Assembly (NCBI GenBank): GCA_963775465.1
Contig: CAVZIW010000013.1
Span: 1-64,000 of the forward strand
From: Candidatus Bathyarchaeota archaeon
GTDB lineage: Archaea > Thermoproteota > Bathyarchaeia > Bathyarchaeales > Bathycorpusculaceae
Direction: 5' to 3'
Length of the DNA: 64,000 bases
The notes under the pieces are model-generated. The model was given only the letters and a program-made list of their open reading frames with translations, made no database searches and was not told the DNA's origin. The position numbers and the translations under genes were made by a program. Position 1 is the stretch's first letter. Every line of letters begins with the position of its first letter. Below are positions 30,032 through 40,707 of this stretch, one piece after another.

Positions 30032-31933
30032 ATGCGGATTTTGCAGTTACATTCGAATTTTATAGTGTTCAAACCTATTGAAAAAGAAATAGGTATAGCT
30101 GAAGAAGCCGAAAAGCTTGAGAAGCGCATCGAAGAAGTGGTCGTGCTCTTTACTGCTATCGAAGAAGGCGATAACTCAGCCGTGGCGCAGAAAGCAATAA
30201 ACGATGTCAGAGCTTTTTTAGGTAAACTCAAAGTGAACAGGATTCTCATCTATCCCTTTGCTCACTTAAGCAGTAACCTTTCCCAGCCTTCAGATGCCTT
30301 GAAAACAATCAAAGCCATGGAATCATACGCTAAAGACAAAGGTATAGAAACCTACAGTGCCCCATTTGGCTGGAATAAACAGTTCACTGTATCAATCAAG
30401 GGACATCCATTGGCTGAGCAAGCACGAAGTTATACGCCCGAAATGGTAAGCCAATCAGGGACGCCTGCCCCATGCGAAAGCAAGAAAGAAGGAGAACCAG
30501 TTTCAGCAGCACTCAAAGCCGAAGACACGATGAAGTCCTATTGGCATATTCTACAAACCGATGGGTCTCTAGTCCCGATTGAAGAATTCAAATTCAGAGG
30601 AAACACAAACCTGCAAAAATTCTCACAATACGAAATTAAAAAGACCCGGGCCGTCACCCAAATGCCACCCCATGTTACATTAATGAAACGGCTAGAAATC
30701 GCAGATTATGAACCAGGCAGCGACCCTGGCAACATCAGATGGTACCCTAAAGGGCGCATGATAAAGTCGCTTCTGGAACAATATGTTTCTGGCCGTGTTG
30801 CAAATTATGGTGGCATGGAAGTTGAAACCCCATTAATGTACGATTTCAACCACCCGAGTTTATCCAGCTACCTTAACCGTTTTCCTGCACGCCAATATGT
30901 GCTCAAATCCGAAGATAAAGATCTCTTCCTAAGGTTCGCAGCATGCTTTGGGCAGTTCCTTATGGCGCATGACGCCCAGTTCAGCTACAAACAGATGCCT
31001 GTCAAACTCTACGAGCTTACGCGCTATAGTTTTCGCCGCGAAAAAAGTGGTGAAGTTGTCGGTTTAAAACGGCTAAGAGCGTTCACGATGCCTGATTGCC
31101 ACGCCTTTTGCACCGACCTTGAACAAGCTAAAAAGGAGTTTATGATACGTTTCAATCTCTGCATCGACGTTTTAAAAAATATTGGCTTGGTAAAGGACGA
31201 CTATGAGATTGCTATGCGCTTCACCAAAGATTTCTACATAGAACATAAAGACTTCATAACTGAATTATCCCAAGAGTTCGGAAAACCAATCTTGGCTGAA
31301 GTGTGGAATGAACGGTTCTTCTACTTCGCCCTCAAATGGGACTTGAACTTCATCGATAACCAAGATAAAGCCGCGGCACTTAGCACCGATCAAATAGACG
31401 TCGAAAACGCCAAACGCTATGAAATTACTTTCGTAGATGAAAAAGGCGAGAAACAGTATCCACTCATTCTTCACTGCAGCCCAAGCGGTGCCATCGAAAG
31501 AGACATATACGCACTTCTAGAGAAAGCTTATCGAGAACAGATGACAGGTAAAGCACCGATGCTTCCACTTTGGCTTTCACCAACCCAAGTTAGGTTCATA
31601 CCTATATCCGACAAATTCCTCGATAACGTGGAGCAGTTGGCACAAATAATCGCCCAACACAGCATTCGGGTAGACATCGACGACAGTGCCTCGACGCTGC
31701 AGAAGAAAATCCGTGAAGCGGAACAGGAATGGGTTCCCTACATAGTTGTTGTTGGCGAAAAAGAGGTTGAATCGGGTATGTTATCAGTTCGCGAGCGAGA
31801 ACAAAAAGGCAAACAAGAAAAAATGACTTCCGAAGAGTTAGTTGCCAAGATAACAGCAAAGATTGCCAGCAAACCCTACAAGCCTCTGCCCCTACCAATG
31901 TATTTGTCCAAACGCCCCCAATTCCACGGCTGA
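30032..31933 (+). CDS. thrS: Threonine-tRNA ligase (archaeal type with N-terminal editing domain)
   Basis: YPFAHLSS, RFAACFG, RAFTMPDCH, HCSPSGAIER. Confidence 0.97.
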   Translation: MRILQLHSNFIVFKPIEKEIGIAEEAEKLEKRIEEVVVLFTAIEEGDNSAVAQKAINDVRAFLGKLKVNRILIYPFAHLSSNLSQPSDALKTIKAMESYAKDKGIETYSAPFGWNKQFTVSIKGHPLAEQARSYTPEMVSQSGTPAPCESKKEGEPVSAALKAEDTMKSYWHILQTDGSLVPIEEFKFRGNTNLQKFSQYEIKKTRAVTQMPPHVTLMKRLEIADYEPGSDPGNIRWYPKGRMIKSLLEQYVSGRVANYGGMEVETPLMYDFNHPSLSSYLNRFPARQYVLKSEDKDLFLRFAACFGQFLMAHDAQFSYKQMPVKLYELTRYSFRREKSGEVVGLKRLRAFTMPDCHAFCTDLEQAKKEFMIRFNLCIDVLKNIGLVKDDYEIAMRFTKDFYIEHKDFITELSQEFGKPILAEVWNERFFYFALKWDLNFIDNQDKAAALSTDQIDVENAKRYEITFVDEKGEKQYPLILHCSPSGAIERDIYALLEKAYREQMTGKAPMLPLWLSPTQVRFIPISDKFLDNVEQLAQIIAQHSIRVDIDDSASTLQKKIREAEQEWVPYIVVVGEKEVESGMLSVREREQKGKQEKMTSEELVAKITAKIASKPYKPLPLPMYLSKRPQFHG

Positions 31934-32013
31934 TAAACGAACTATACGTATCACTTACGTAAACCTTATCAAACAACCTAACACTATGAAACAACCAAAT
32001 AGAAGTGAAACCT

Positions 32014-32898
32014 ATGAGTAAGGAACTAAAAGTCTACATAGATGGAGAATATTACCCTAAATCCCAGGCTAAAATCTCCGTCTACGACCACGGGTTTCTT
32101 TACGGAGACGGTGTGTTTGAAGGCATCCGAGAATACAACGGCGTAGTCTTCAAACTTAAAGAGCATATTGACCGTCTGTATCGTTCAGCACACGCCATAC
32201 TTCTAAACATCCAAATCTCCAAAGAAGAAATGATGAAAGCCGTAGTTGAAACACTACGCAAAAACAAGATGAAAGACAGTTATATCCGATTAGTGGTTTC
32301 AAGAGGAATCGGCGACCTCGGATTAGACCCCCGCAAATGCCCAAAACCTACAATAATAATAATAACTGACACAATTCAAATCCGAGCGGGAAACGCTAAA
32401 GAGACAGGAATAACGACCGTTTTCAGCTGGGTCCGACGCAACCCCGTGGACGCAACCACACATGAGATAAAATCGCTTAATTACTTAAACAGCGTCTTGG
32501 CAAAGATGGAGGCCAATGCGTGCGGTGTTGACGAAGCTATGTGCTTGGAAAGCAATGGCTACATCGCAGAGGGTGTTGGAGAAAATGTTTTCATCGTTAA
32601 AAACGGTGAGGTCTTCACCCCACCAACATCAACAGGTGCATTAGCAGGTATAACCGCTAAGGTTGTGGAGGAAATTTGCGCGAAGCTTGGCATTAAACTC
32701 ACCATTACAAACCTGACACCATTCATGCTTTTTACTGCTGATGAAGCCTTTTTCACCGGCACAGCAATGGAAATGGTGCCCATTCGTGAAGTTAACAAAC
32801 GCCAAATCGGCAACGGCAAACCTGGACCCATCTCAAAGAAACTGATGCATGAGTTTCAGAAAGTAATCGAAGATCCCGAAAACGGCGTAAGAGTCTAG
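32014..32898 (+). CDS. ilvE: Branched-chain amino acid aminotransferase
   Basis: YGDGVFEGIR, KSLNY, EGVGENVF, LAGIT. Confidence 0.95.
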   Translation: MSKELKVYIDGEYYPKSQAKISVYDHGFLYGDGVFEGIREYNGVVFKLKEHIDRLYRSAHAILLNIQISKEEMMKAVVETLRKNKMKDSYIRLVVSRGIGDLGLDPRKCPKPTIIIITDTIQIRAGNAKETGITTVFSWVRRNPVDATTHEIKSLNYLNSVLAKMEANACGVDEAMCLESNGYIAEGVGENVFIVKNGEVFTPPTSTGALAGITAKVVEEICAKLGIKLTITNLTPFMLFTADEAFFTGTAMEMVPIREVNKRQIGNGKPGPISKKLMHEFQKVIEDPENGVRV

Positions 32899-32905
32899 AA
32901 TTGTT

Positions 32906-34141
32906 TTAACCATGACCTACATGGCCGCGACTTATTTTATTTTTCTTGTTCATGAATTGCTCTAGACTATTGAATGCTTCTTCCAGCTCTTCGCAAGGCG
33001 GTAGAAACACTATTCTTGCATGATCTCTACCGTATAACGGGTCAAATCCTGAGCCATTCACTATTAATACACCGGTTTCTTTGAGAAGTTCTATAACAAA
33101 TTCCATGTCAGTTTTCCACCTTTTACCCACTTCGTGGATCTTAGGAAATATGTAGAATGCACCTTCTGGTTTTGTTGCTGTTATACCATGGATTTCGTTT
33201 AAGCGTTTAAACGCATAGTCTCGTCGTTCTTTTAGTCGTTCTACGATATCTTTTACAAAGTCTTGGGAACCATTGAGTGCAGCGGCTCCGGCGATTTGGA
33301 CAGGTGTGTTGGCGCATAGACGGATGCGGCATTGCTTTTCAACACCCAACTTGAGGTCGTCTAAGACTTTGCCTTCACCTTTAAAATATACATAACCCAG
33401 TCTCCACCCCGTCATCTGGTAGACTTTGGAGAATCCGTTGAGCCCAATGACTGGCACATCTTTGGAGAGATTTGCTGTACTAACGAATTCTTTCTCGAAA
33501 GTTAGTTGGTCGTAGATTTCATCGGATAGCACAGGCAGATTATTTTCGCCTGCGATATCAAGCATTTCCTTTAGCATTTTTCGAGTGTAAACTGAGCCTG
33601 TAGGATTATTTGGATTGGTTATGACAATCGCGCGTGTTTTAGTTGAAATTTTGCTCCGCAGGTCATCGATGTTTGGCTGCCACCCTTCCGCCTCGATAGT
33701 TTCGTAGGAGATTGGCGTGCCATCGAAGAATCTCGTATAGGAAATGTATGGTGGATAGGTAGGCCCCGGAAAAAGAATCTCAGCCCCTTTGTCAACTAGC
33801 GCAGCTAAAACCATCTGGATACCTTCCGAAATACCTTGGGTAATCAACACATTGCTAGAGGTGATGTCTACGTTGTTGACTCTCTTTTCTTTGCAAACTA
33901 TTGCTTCTCGAAGTTCAGGTATACCTTCGCTGGGTGAATAATAGTTGTCGTCAGATTCAATTGCTCTACAAAGCGCATCCTTTACATTTTGAGGCGTTGT
34001 GAAATCGAATGCTGCTGGATCGCCGATATTTAGGTAATAGATTTTTTTGCCGCTTTTGATAAGTTCCTGCGTGTGAACTATAACGTCTCGTATAGCATAC
34101 TCAATATCATTTGCCCTATTCGTTACTTTAACTTGCGGCAA
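32906..34141 (-). CDS. Class I/II aminotransferase (alanine aminotransferase-like)
   Basis: YAIRD, LNIGDP, NPNNPTG, DEIY, SKVYQMTGWRLG. Confidence 0.92.
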   Translation of the reverse strand: MPQVKVTNRANDIEYAIRDVIVHTQELIKSGKKIYYLNIGDPAAFDFTTPQNVKDALCRAIESDDNYYSPSEGIPELREAIVCKEKRVNNVDITSSNVLITQGISEGIQMVLAALVDKGAEILFPGPTYPPYISYTRFFDGTPISYETIEAEGWQPNIDDLRSKISTKTRAIVITNPNNPTGSVYTRKMLKEMLDIAGENNLPVLSDEIYDQLTFEKEFVSTANLSKDVPVIGLNGFSKVYQMTGWRLGYVYFKGEGKVLDDLKLGVEKQCRIRLCANTPVQIAGAAALNGSQDFVKDIVERLKERRDYAFKRLNEIHGITATKPEGAFYIFPKIHEVGKRWKTDMEFVIELLKETGVLIVNGSGFDPLYGRDHARIVFLPPCEELEEAFNSLEQFMNKKNKISRGHVGHG

Positions 34142-34357
34142 AGTTCATTTCCCTGTAACCAGAACACTTGCTAAGCCAAAAAATAAAGGTTCCTAACATT
34201 AAACCTACTCACAAGTCACTAAAATACAACGTTCCCGACTAACATTAGATATTTGGATTCAATAACCTCTTTGAAGAAATTACAGAAAACAGAGTATACT
34301 GCCATTTTTATTAAGAAGAACAAATCAAAACATTACTATAACATTTGAGGCAGTACA

Positions 34358-35272
34358 TTACGGGTTTTCCCATTTCTGCTTGGCGTATTCGATAAAACCC
34401 AAGACACAATTTTCCAGCATTGTTTTTGAGTAGATACGATGATTTTTTACAAAATCAACGATTCTACTCATTACTTTATCTTCGAGAATTATTCTGTCAC
34501 GAATTTGCTCTAAACTCTGATTCTTTTTAACACCGTCCTCGGCTATGTTTGCCCATAGTTGAAGCTGAACCTTATAGTCTCTAAGACGTTGAACAGCATC
34601 AGAAGCTTTGCCGAAGTGACTAAAGTAAAGCGCTTTGGGTTTTAGACTTATTAACTTATCCAAAGAGCTTAACGCTACTTCAAGATGAAAAGGTGGAGGA
34701 GTTGTTGGAACAATAACATCAAATTCAGGAAGGTATGTTCCAGCAGCGTCTCCTGGAAATATTCCATCATTAAATGATTCAAGAAAACTTAGGTTATGCG
34801 AGGCATGACCGATTGTTTCAGTCACATTTAATTTACCACCACACCCCAAATCGAACGAACCCTCTGTCATTGGAATCAACCTTTCCTTAGGGATGGATTC
34901 TGGTTTGCCAAAGATATCACTTATGAATCCGAGAACTAATTGAGAAGAGGCCCAAAGCCGCTCGGGGTCAACTAGGTGTGGTAATCCTCTGGGATGAACT
35001 ATAACTTTGGCCTTTGGCAGAGATTTTAACAGAGTACCTGCACCGCCTCCATGGTCTAAATGAACATGGGTTAGAGCAACATAATGGATATCTTCAAAGT
35101 CAATTTTTAACTCCTTCAACCCAGAGAGCAATCGTGGTACAGAAGATGTTGGTCCTGACTCGACCAAGAAAGGTTCTTCACCTGCAATTATGTAGCTGCA
35201 GATTAAGTTTTTAAACCCGCCAGTACACAGTTCAACCATGAACAACTTGTTACCTATTTTTTTAGCGTGCAC
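34358..35272 (-). CDS. Metallo-beta-lactamase fold hydrolase
   Basis: THVHLDHGGG, GHASH, GDAAG, FSHFG. Confidence 0.9.
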   Translation of the reverse strand: MHAKKIGNKLFMVELCTGGFKNLICSYIIAGEEPFLVESGPTSSVPRLLSGLKELKIDFEDIHYVALTHVHLDHGGGAGTLLKSLPKAKVIVHPRGLPHLVDPERLWASSQLVLGFISDIFGKPESIPKERLIPMTEGSFDLGCGGKLNVTETIGHASHNLSFLESFNDGIFPGDAAGTYLPEFDVIVPTTPPPFHLEVALSSLDKLISLKPKALYFSHFGKASDAVQRLRDYKVQLQLWANIAEDGVKKNQSLEQIRDRIILEDKVMSRIVDFVKNHRIYSKTMLENCVLGFIEYAKQKWENP

Positions 35273-35397
35273 AACCTTCCCTCAAATCAAGTTGTGTAGT
35301 TTTATCACGCCATAAATGTTTCCGTGAACAATGAGCAAACAACAAAACTTAATTACGCATAGTTATCTTAATCAAAGACTAAAAGGAGAAACTTCAC

Positions 35398-36054
35398 ATG
35401 TTGAAAGCAATCATATTCGGCGCGCCTGGTGCAGGAAAAGGAACATACGCCTCAAGACTTCAAGCAAAACTCGGTGTTGACGTTATTTCAATGGGAGATA
35501 TTTTCCGCGAATTAGTTAAAGAAAAATCGGATCTAAGCACCAAAGTTAAAAGCTACATGGAAAAAGGAGCTCTAGTTCCTGACGAAGTCGTTGTTGAAGT
35601 TCTAAAAGCTCATTTAGCAAAAATTTCTAAAGGAAGAGGCTTTATTCTCGACGGTTACCCACGCACACTCGACCAAGCAAAAAAACTTAACAGCATAACA
35701 AAAATTGATGTAATAATGCAGCTAAATGTTCCTGATTGGATAATTATCGAACGCTTATCCGCGCGTAGAGTGTGCAAAAGCTGCGGAACAGTATACAACG
35801 TGAAATATCTAAAATCCAAAGTTGAAGGTGTCTGCGATAAATGTGGGGGCTCGTTATATCAAAGAACAGATGACAACCCGGAAACGATAAAGAAACGACT
35901 AGAAATTTACCAAGAACAAACAAGTCCATTAATAGCTTACTACAAGGAAATGAAAGTTCCCTTCATAGAACTGGAAACAAAAACGCTTGATCAACCTACA
36001 GAGCCCATGGTTGAAAAACTGCTATCGGAACTAAAAAGACTAAAGTTCGCTTAA
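35398..36054 (+). CDS. adk: Adenylate kinase, bacterial type with Zn-LID
   Basis: GAPGAGKGT, LDGYPR, CKSC...CDKC, QRTDD. Confidence 0.93.
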   Translation: MLKAIIFGAPGAGKGTYASRLQAKLGVDVISMGDIFRELVKEKSDLSTKVKSYMEKGALVPDEVVVEVLKAHLAKISKGRGFILDGYPRTLDQAKKLNSITKIDVIMQLNVPDWIIIERLSARRVCKSCGTVYNVKYLKSKVEGVCDKCGGSLYQRTDDNPETIKKRLEIYQEQTSPLIAYYKEMKVPFIELETKTLDQPTEPMVEKLLSELKRLKFA

Positions 36055-36500
36055 ATATCTAGGATAAACTCCAAAATCACTCTATCGATCTCTTGGATTA
36101 TAAACATGCGATGGTATGTTACCGCTTTAACGGCGACCCTCTGAGGGTGTTTTTCGGAGTTGAATTTTTCGCCCCAAATTTTTGCTTCTATTTTGAAAGT
36201 TTCAGAAGTTTCCTTCAAACTGGTTATTAGGAATTTTGAGTAGAGCATGTTTTCGGTTTCAAACTTTACAAGCAAAGTTTCAAGCCAATTATAAAGCAGA
36301 GCGTAGTGGTCTTCGGCTCCAACTTCAATAGTTTCTTCTTGTAACTGAGCGATCTTATCGGTATCGGTCATCGTTTCAAACATCGATAATGCAGCGTTTT
36401 CGTACGCTTCCTCAATGTTTCTTCCGTGTGCACGAACGTAAACATCTGCAGTGTGTTCCAGAAATTCGAATCGCCCGGCAAATTTGTCAGGTTTACTCAT
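36051..36500 (-). CDS. Archease
   Basis: FLEHTAD, VKAVTYH, C-terminal ILDI. Confidence 0.95.
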   Translation of the reverse strand: MSKPDKFAGRFEFLEHTADVYVRAHGRNIEEAYENAALSMFETMTDTDKIAQLQEETIEVGAEDHYALLYNWLETLLVKFETENMLYSKFLITSLKETSETFKIEAKIWGEKFNSEKHPQRVAVKAVTYHRMFIIQEIDRVILEFILDI

Positions 36501-36614
36501 TTTCTATAACCAATACCAAGTAAACTATAGTGGAATAAAAACAAATTATTAATTTAGAAATAAGGAATTTAGGTAAAGGAGAAAAAATGAAGAAAAAATG
36601 TGCTATCTATCACA

Positions 36615-36767
36615 TTAAAAGAACCATTTTTCTTTTTTAGGGAAATCTTTGCATTTGTAGATACGAAGCTGTCTTTGTGGTTCGATGCGACAACGCTTGC
36701 GTGCGTTCTTTCTTCTAAGAAGAGGGGCGAGTTGAAAGAAAGGGCATTTGGAACAAAGAGTGCTCAT
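36615..36767 (-). CDS. Putative 50-aa Cys-rich basic protein
   Basis: Hand translation MSTLCSKCPFFQLAPLLRRKNARKRCRIEPQRQLRIYKCKDFPKKEKWFF; AGGAG RBS overlaps the permease stop. Confidence 0.5.
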   Translation of the reverse strand: MSTLCSKCPFFQLAPLLRRKNARKRCRIEPQRQLRIYKCKDFPKKEKWFF

Positions 36768-36777
36768 GTTTGTTCTC

Positions 36778-37962
36778 CTATCGGGTCATCATCCTTCGGA
36801 ATACCGGTAGTGCAATAGCTATCATTACTATACCGAACACGATCAGTATGATAAGTTCTGTTGAAATTTGCGGTATTCCAGCTCCTAAAACCATGACTTT
36901 CCGTAAGGCATCTGAAGCATATGTTAAAGGCAAAATTTTGCTTATGTCCTGCATATACCATGGCATCTGCTGTATTGGGAAAAACACTCCGCTAAGGAAC
37001 ATCATCGGAAACATCAAAGTCATCATGAGCATCTGTGCGGTTTCTTGGTCTTTTGTGAAGGACGTTATCACTATCCCTAACCCCACGAAGCTAAATACAC
37101 CAAGCAAAAGCAAAGCAAACACCAGCAAGATATTACCTTGTATGGCGACCCCAAAAATTCCAATGGCTAGAGCTAAGATTATTACTCCTTGGATTAAGCC
37201 GCGGCCAGTTTGAGCCATAGTTTTACCCAGCAAAATAGACAATCGATTCACTGGTGCAACCATCATGCCATCCATTGTGCCGATTTCTTTTTCCTGCGAA
37301 ATCGCAACTGGCAAACCAGTCATTACACTCATCATAACCGTCATAGCCATTATGCCTGGTGCAATGAAGTCAAAGTAGCTTGGGTGACCTGAAACGACAC
37401 CTTGAGTCTGAACACTGTAAGGTTGGACAACAGCAAGAGAATTTGTCGCATTCAAGGGTAAAACATTGTTTATCGCAAGCTGTTGGCTCATTGCGTTAAA
37501 TACACCAGTTAGTGCGGCTTGTATTGTCGCGGAGATTTGCGGGTTAGATTCATCACTAACTATGACGAGTGTACCTTGCTGTCCAGTTAGCAGACTCTGG
37601 GAGAAATTGCTGGGAATTAAGATACCCCCTTCAAGTTCTCCTCGTTGAACCATATCTTTAAGTTCAGCCTGACTTGACACATTAGTAATTACCAGCATGT
37701 GAGTTTGATCGTTGATTTGCGTTAAGCCCATCAGGAAAGCTTGACTTGGAGCAGTTGAACTGTTAAAAGGCGAATCCTCATTAACCAACCCAATTTTTAA
37801 ATCAGTAATCGTGCCATTCGATGGGTAAATAAAACCAACCATAACCATCATGAACAATGGCATGACGATTAAAAGCACTAAACCGAGCCTGTTGCGAAAC
37901 AGTTCTGTTAAGTCTTTTTTTGCGATCCTATAACTGTGTTGTAGAATTGTTTTTGCTGTCAT
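36778..37962 (-). CDS. ABC-2 type exporter permease
   Basis: YFDFIAPG, EKEIGT, FLSGVFFP, PLTYA. Confidence 0.92.
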   Translation of the reverse strand: MTAKTILQHSYRIAKKDLTELFRNRLGLVLLIVMPLFMMVMVGFIYPSNGTITDLKIGLVNEDSPFNSSTAPSQAFLMGLTQINDQTHMLVITNVSSQAELKDMVQRGELEGGILIPSNFSQSLLTGQQGTLVIVSDESNPQISATIQAALTGVFNAMSQQLAINNVLPLNATNSLAVVQPYSVQTQGVVSGHPSYFDFIAPGIMAMTVMMSVMTGLPVAISQEKEIGTMDGMMVAPVNRLSILLGKTMAQTGRGLIQGVIILALAIGIFGVAIQGNILLVFALLLLGVFSFVGLGIVITSFTKDQETAQMLMMTLMFPMMFLSGVFFPIQQMPWYMQDISKILPLTYASDALRKVMVLGAGIPQISTELIILIVFGIVMIAIALPVFRRMMTR

Positions 37963-37967
37963 ATCTA

Positions 37968-38987
37968 TTACCTTACCCTCCTTGGTGATGCACCAAATCG
38001 TGGGCCATGTTCCTGCTTGATTTTTTGGTCTGCGCTGTCTCTGACTTCATGACCGGTTATGTGTAGAAATACGTCTTCAAGTGAGGGTTGCAGGTTTTCC
38101 ATGGAAGTTATTTTTCCGTTTCTTTTTCTTACTGCATCGATTATGTTGTCGAAGGCTTCTTCGCCGTGAACGATTAGGTGTAGCTGTCTGGAGTTTTCTT
38201 GGGTGACTGCATCTGCGCATTTGAGGGCTTTTATATCGGTCAACATACCGGGGGTTAGGTTTGCTATTTCTAGTTTAACAATCATGGTATCTGCTCCTGA
38301 AATTATTTTTTTGAGGTTAGTTGATGTGTCAAGAGCTATAATTTTTCCGTGGTCAACGATAGCTATGCGATCGCATAACAAGTCAGCGTCAACCATCATA
38401 TGTGTAGTTATGATAACTGTCGTTCCTTGTTCTTGATTGAGCTTTTTGATGAAATCCCTTATTTCTACTGATGATTGAGGGTCTAAGCCTAAGGTAGGTT
38501 CATCAAGAAACAAAACTTTAGGCATGTTAAGCAGTGCACGGACAACGTTCATTCTTTGGCGCATACCGGTTGAGAACGTGCCAACTTGTGCGTTTTTCCA
38601 TTTTGTTAACTGGACAAGTTCAAGTAATTCATCGATTCTTTTGTTTAATGTGCCTTTTGGTATGTTGAAGAGGCTGCCAAAGAACCAGAGGTTCTCTTTT
38701 GCTGTTAAACGATTGTAAATAATCATTTTTTCTGAAACGATGCCGATTAGTTTGCGTACTTCCATATCATGTTTAACTGTGTCGTATCCTCCGATTGTAG
38801 CTGTTCCCCTTGTAGGTCGTGAGAGCGTAGAGAGCATACGCAGAGTTGTGCTTTTGCCTGCCCCGTTGGGTCCTAGCAAGCCAAATATTTCGCCTTTCTT
38901 GACGCTGAATGATATGTCTTCTACAGCAGTGAACTTTCCAAACATCTTTGTCAGGTTTTGTACTTCAATTATTTTTCCGTTGTCCAT
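37968..38987 (-). CDS. ABC exporter ATP-binding protein (DrrA-like)
   Basis: GPNGAGKST, FSTGM, LDEPTLGLD, SLEDVFLHITG. Confidence 0.95.
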   Translation of the reverse strand: MDNGKIIEVQNLTKMFGKFTAVEDISFSVKKGEIFGLLGPNGAGKSTTLRMLSTLSRPTRGTATIGGYDTVKHDMEVRKLIGIVSEKMIIYNRLTAKENLWFFGSLFNIPKGTLNKRIDELLELVQLTKWKNAQVGTFSTGMRQRMNVVRALLNMPKVLFLDEPTLGLDPQSSVEIRDFIKKLNQEQGTTVIITTHMMVDADLLCDRIAIVDHGKIIALDTSTNLKKIISGADTMIVKLEIANLTPGMLTDIKALKCADAVTQENSRQLHLIVHGEEAFDNIIDAVRKRNGKITSMENLQPSLEDVFLHITGHEVRDSADQKIKQEHGPRFGASPRRVR

Positions 38988-39075
38988 GGGTAAGATCACT
39001 TTGCAATATTATTCAGTGCAATATATAGCGGCAAAATATAAGTATTCCCTAAAACAAATACCTAATTGAAAGCCA

Positions 39076-39669
39076 ATGACAACTGAAACCGAGGATAAGA
39101 CAACTGCAAGTTGGATGAAAGAAGCCCAAAAAGGCATTATCCGCATGGGAGTACTAATTCTCATCAACAAGAAACCTTCCCACGGCTACGAAATCATGAA
39201 AGAAATCAACAGCCGAACTAAAGGTTTCTGGCAACCTACTGCAGGCGGCGTCTACCCCATCCTTCGCAATCTAGAAAATTCAGGTTACATTAAAGGTAAA
39301 TGGCAAACCCAAAAGAATCGGCGTCTAAGAGTTTACCAAATCACCGAATCAGGAGAACAAATCCTAAGAAAAGCAATATTGAAGCAAACAGAAATCACAA
39401 ACAACATCGGGAACCTTTTCCGAGAATTCGCTCGAGATGTCCTAAACATCGAATTGGAAAATTGGTCTGCGCCCAACATACCGTCACCGTTGTCAGCATT
39501 CCTTGAAGAAAAAATCGGTTCTGAATGTAACCTCAAACAGTTAGAGTATGAACGCAAACACATCTATGAAGCGATAAAAAGCATACGGGATAGACTGAAA
39601 CTTCTCGATAAAAGAATTGCCGAAATCAAAAAAGAAGAAAAAACCGATCCTTCACCAGTGAATTCTTAG
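39076..39669 (+). CDS. PadR family regulator with C-terminal coiled coil
   Basis: HGYEIMK, GGVYPILRNLE, YQITESG; divergent from the ABC operon. Confidence 0.9.
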   Translation: MTTETEDKTTASWMKEAQKGIIRMGVLILINKKPSHGYEIMKEINSRTKGFWQPTAGGVYPILRNLENSGYIKGKWQTQKNRRLRVYQITESGEQILRKAILKQTEITNNIGNLFREFARDVLNIELENWSAPNIPSPLSAFLEEKIGSECNLKQLEYERKHIYEAIKSIRDRLKLLDKRIAEIKKEEKTDPSPVNS

Positions 39670-39870
39670 GGAATTGCGAAACTGTTATTTCAAACACCCC
39701 AATTAATGAGTCAGATTGGCAGTGCACCTCGATTTTAATCTTTTAAGAATTTCAGGTTTAAAGCGGAGTCGCAAAAATCCTATGTCTCTAGATATGTGCA
39801 TTAGAAAGCAAATTTCCCTGCAGTCTGTGTAAACAATTTAAATCTGAGATTCACTATCCATAAGGAGAGT

Positions 39871-40203
39871 GTGAAATATTTGTTCCGCGTTAGAGTCAAC
39901 AAAATCGAATCTACCCGTGACTTAGACGGCAACCTTGGAAAGAGAATAGAGTTACTTGAAGAAAGGGAAGTAAACCCCTACATACTCCGACCACAATCAG
40001 ATGAAGCCAAGATGGCTCAAGATATAATGCAAGCACTTCAGACGCAAATGCCATTTCTACCTCAAAAAAATCAAATGGCAACTCCTAAGATTATCTTGTT
40101 CCTAACTGAGCATGAATACGACAGTTTAGAGATAAGTTTTGACGTAAACCAAGTCTACGAGGTAGTTTTGGAGAACCAGTCAATTAGGTTTAAGAAAGTT
40201 TGA
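39871..40203 (+). CDS. Arcadin-1-like protein
   Basis: D..G..GKRIELLEERE and PKIILFLTE.EYD.L...FDVNQ pattern recalled for arcadin-1; AAGGAG RBS. Confidence 0.6.
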   Translation: MKYLFRVRVNKIESTRDLDGNLGKRIELLEEREVNPYILRPQSDEAKMAQDIMQALQTQMPFLPQKNQMATPKIILFLTEHEYDSLEISFDVNQVYEVVLENQSIRFKKV

Positions 40204-40537
40204 TTAGTTGGTTTCTAATTTCCTTTAGCGCAGAGTGCTTTGGGTGGAAAGAAAGGACAAACATCATTTTTCTCAATGCACAGCTGATTTCATCCAAGTT
40301 TGATATTTTTCCTTCATCACAATAGAGCGGTATTGGCTCTTTGTCGTCGTTTTCTTCGTAGTAAACATAGATTGGTGAGGCTGCTTTGTCAAAGTGGACC
40401 ATTTCAAAATCCAAATTCAACCGTTTTGCTGTCATTTTAGCAGCATATTTAACTGAATCTAATCGGTTTTTGCTTGGAGGACTATTTGAAGCGAAAACCA
40501 TCAATTTTCCACAGTTTCCCTTAAACATGTTCGCCAC
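40190..40537 (-). CDS. Hypothetical protein
   Basis: 115 aa ORF; IYVYY, PIPLYCD, FVLSFHP. Confidence 0.7.
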   Translation of the reverse strand: MANMFKGNCGKLMVFASNSPPSKNRLDSVKYAAKMTAKRLNLDFEMVHFDKAASPIYVYYEENDDKEPIPLYCDEGKISNLDEISCALRKMMFVLSFHPKHSALKEIRNQLIKLS

Positions 40538-40707
40538 AAGTTAGTTTTTATTAGAAATTCTTTTAAAACAAATCCTCAGGCGACATTTTAGAGCACTAGA
40601 GAGATAATTGAAAGTGAATCGCAGAGGAAGAATGTTTTGTTGCTGTATTGTGTCAATCACAACGGCTTAAATTATAAACTAAAGCTTGATTATAGCGGGT
40701 TGATTTA

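Noticed and set aside
39711-39830. Possible long-range pairing upstream of the arcadin-like gene (CAGATTG/CAGTCTG)
   Set aside because: Short scattered helices with no convincing nested structure
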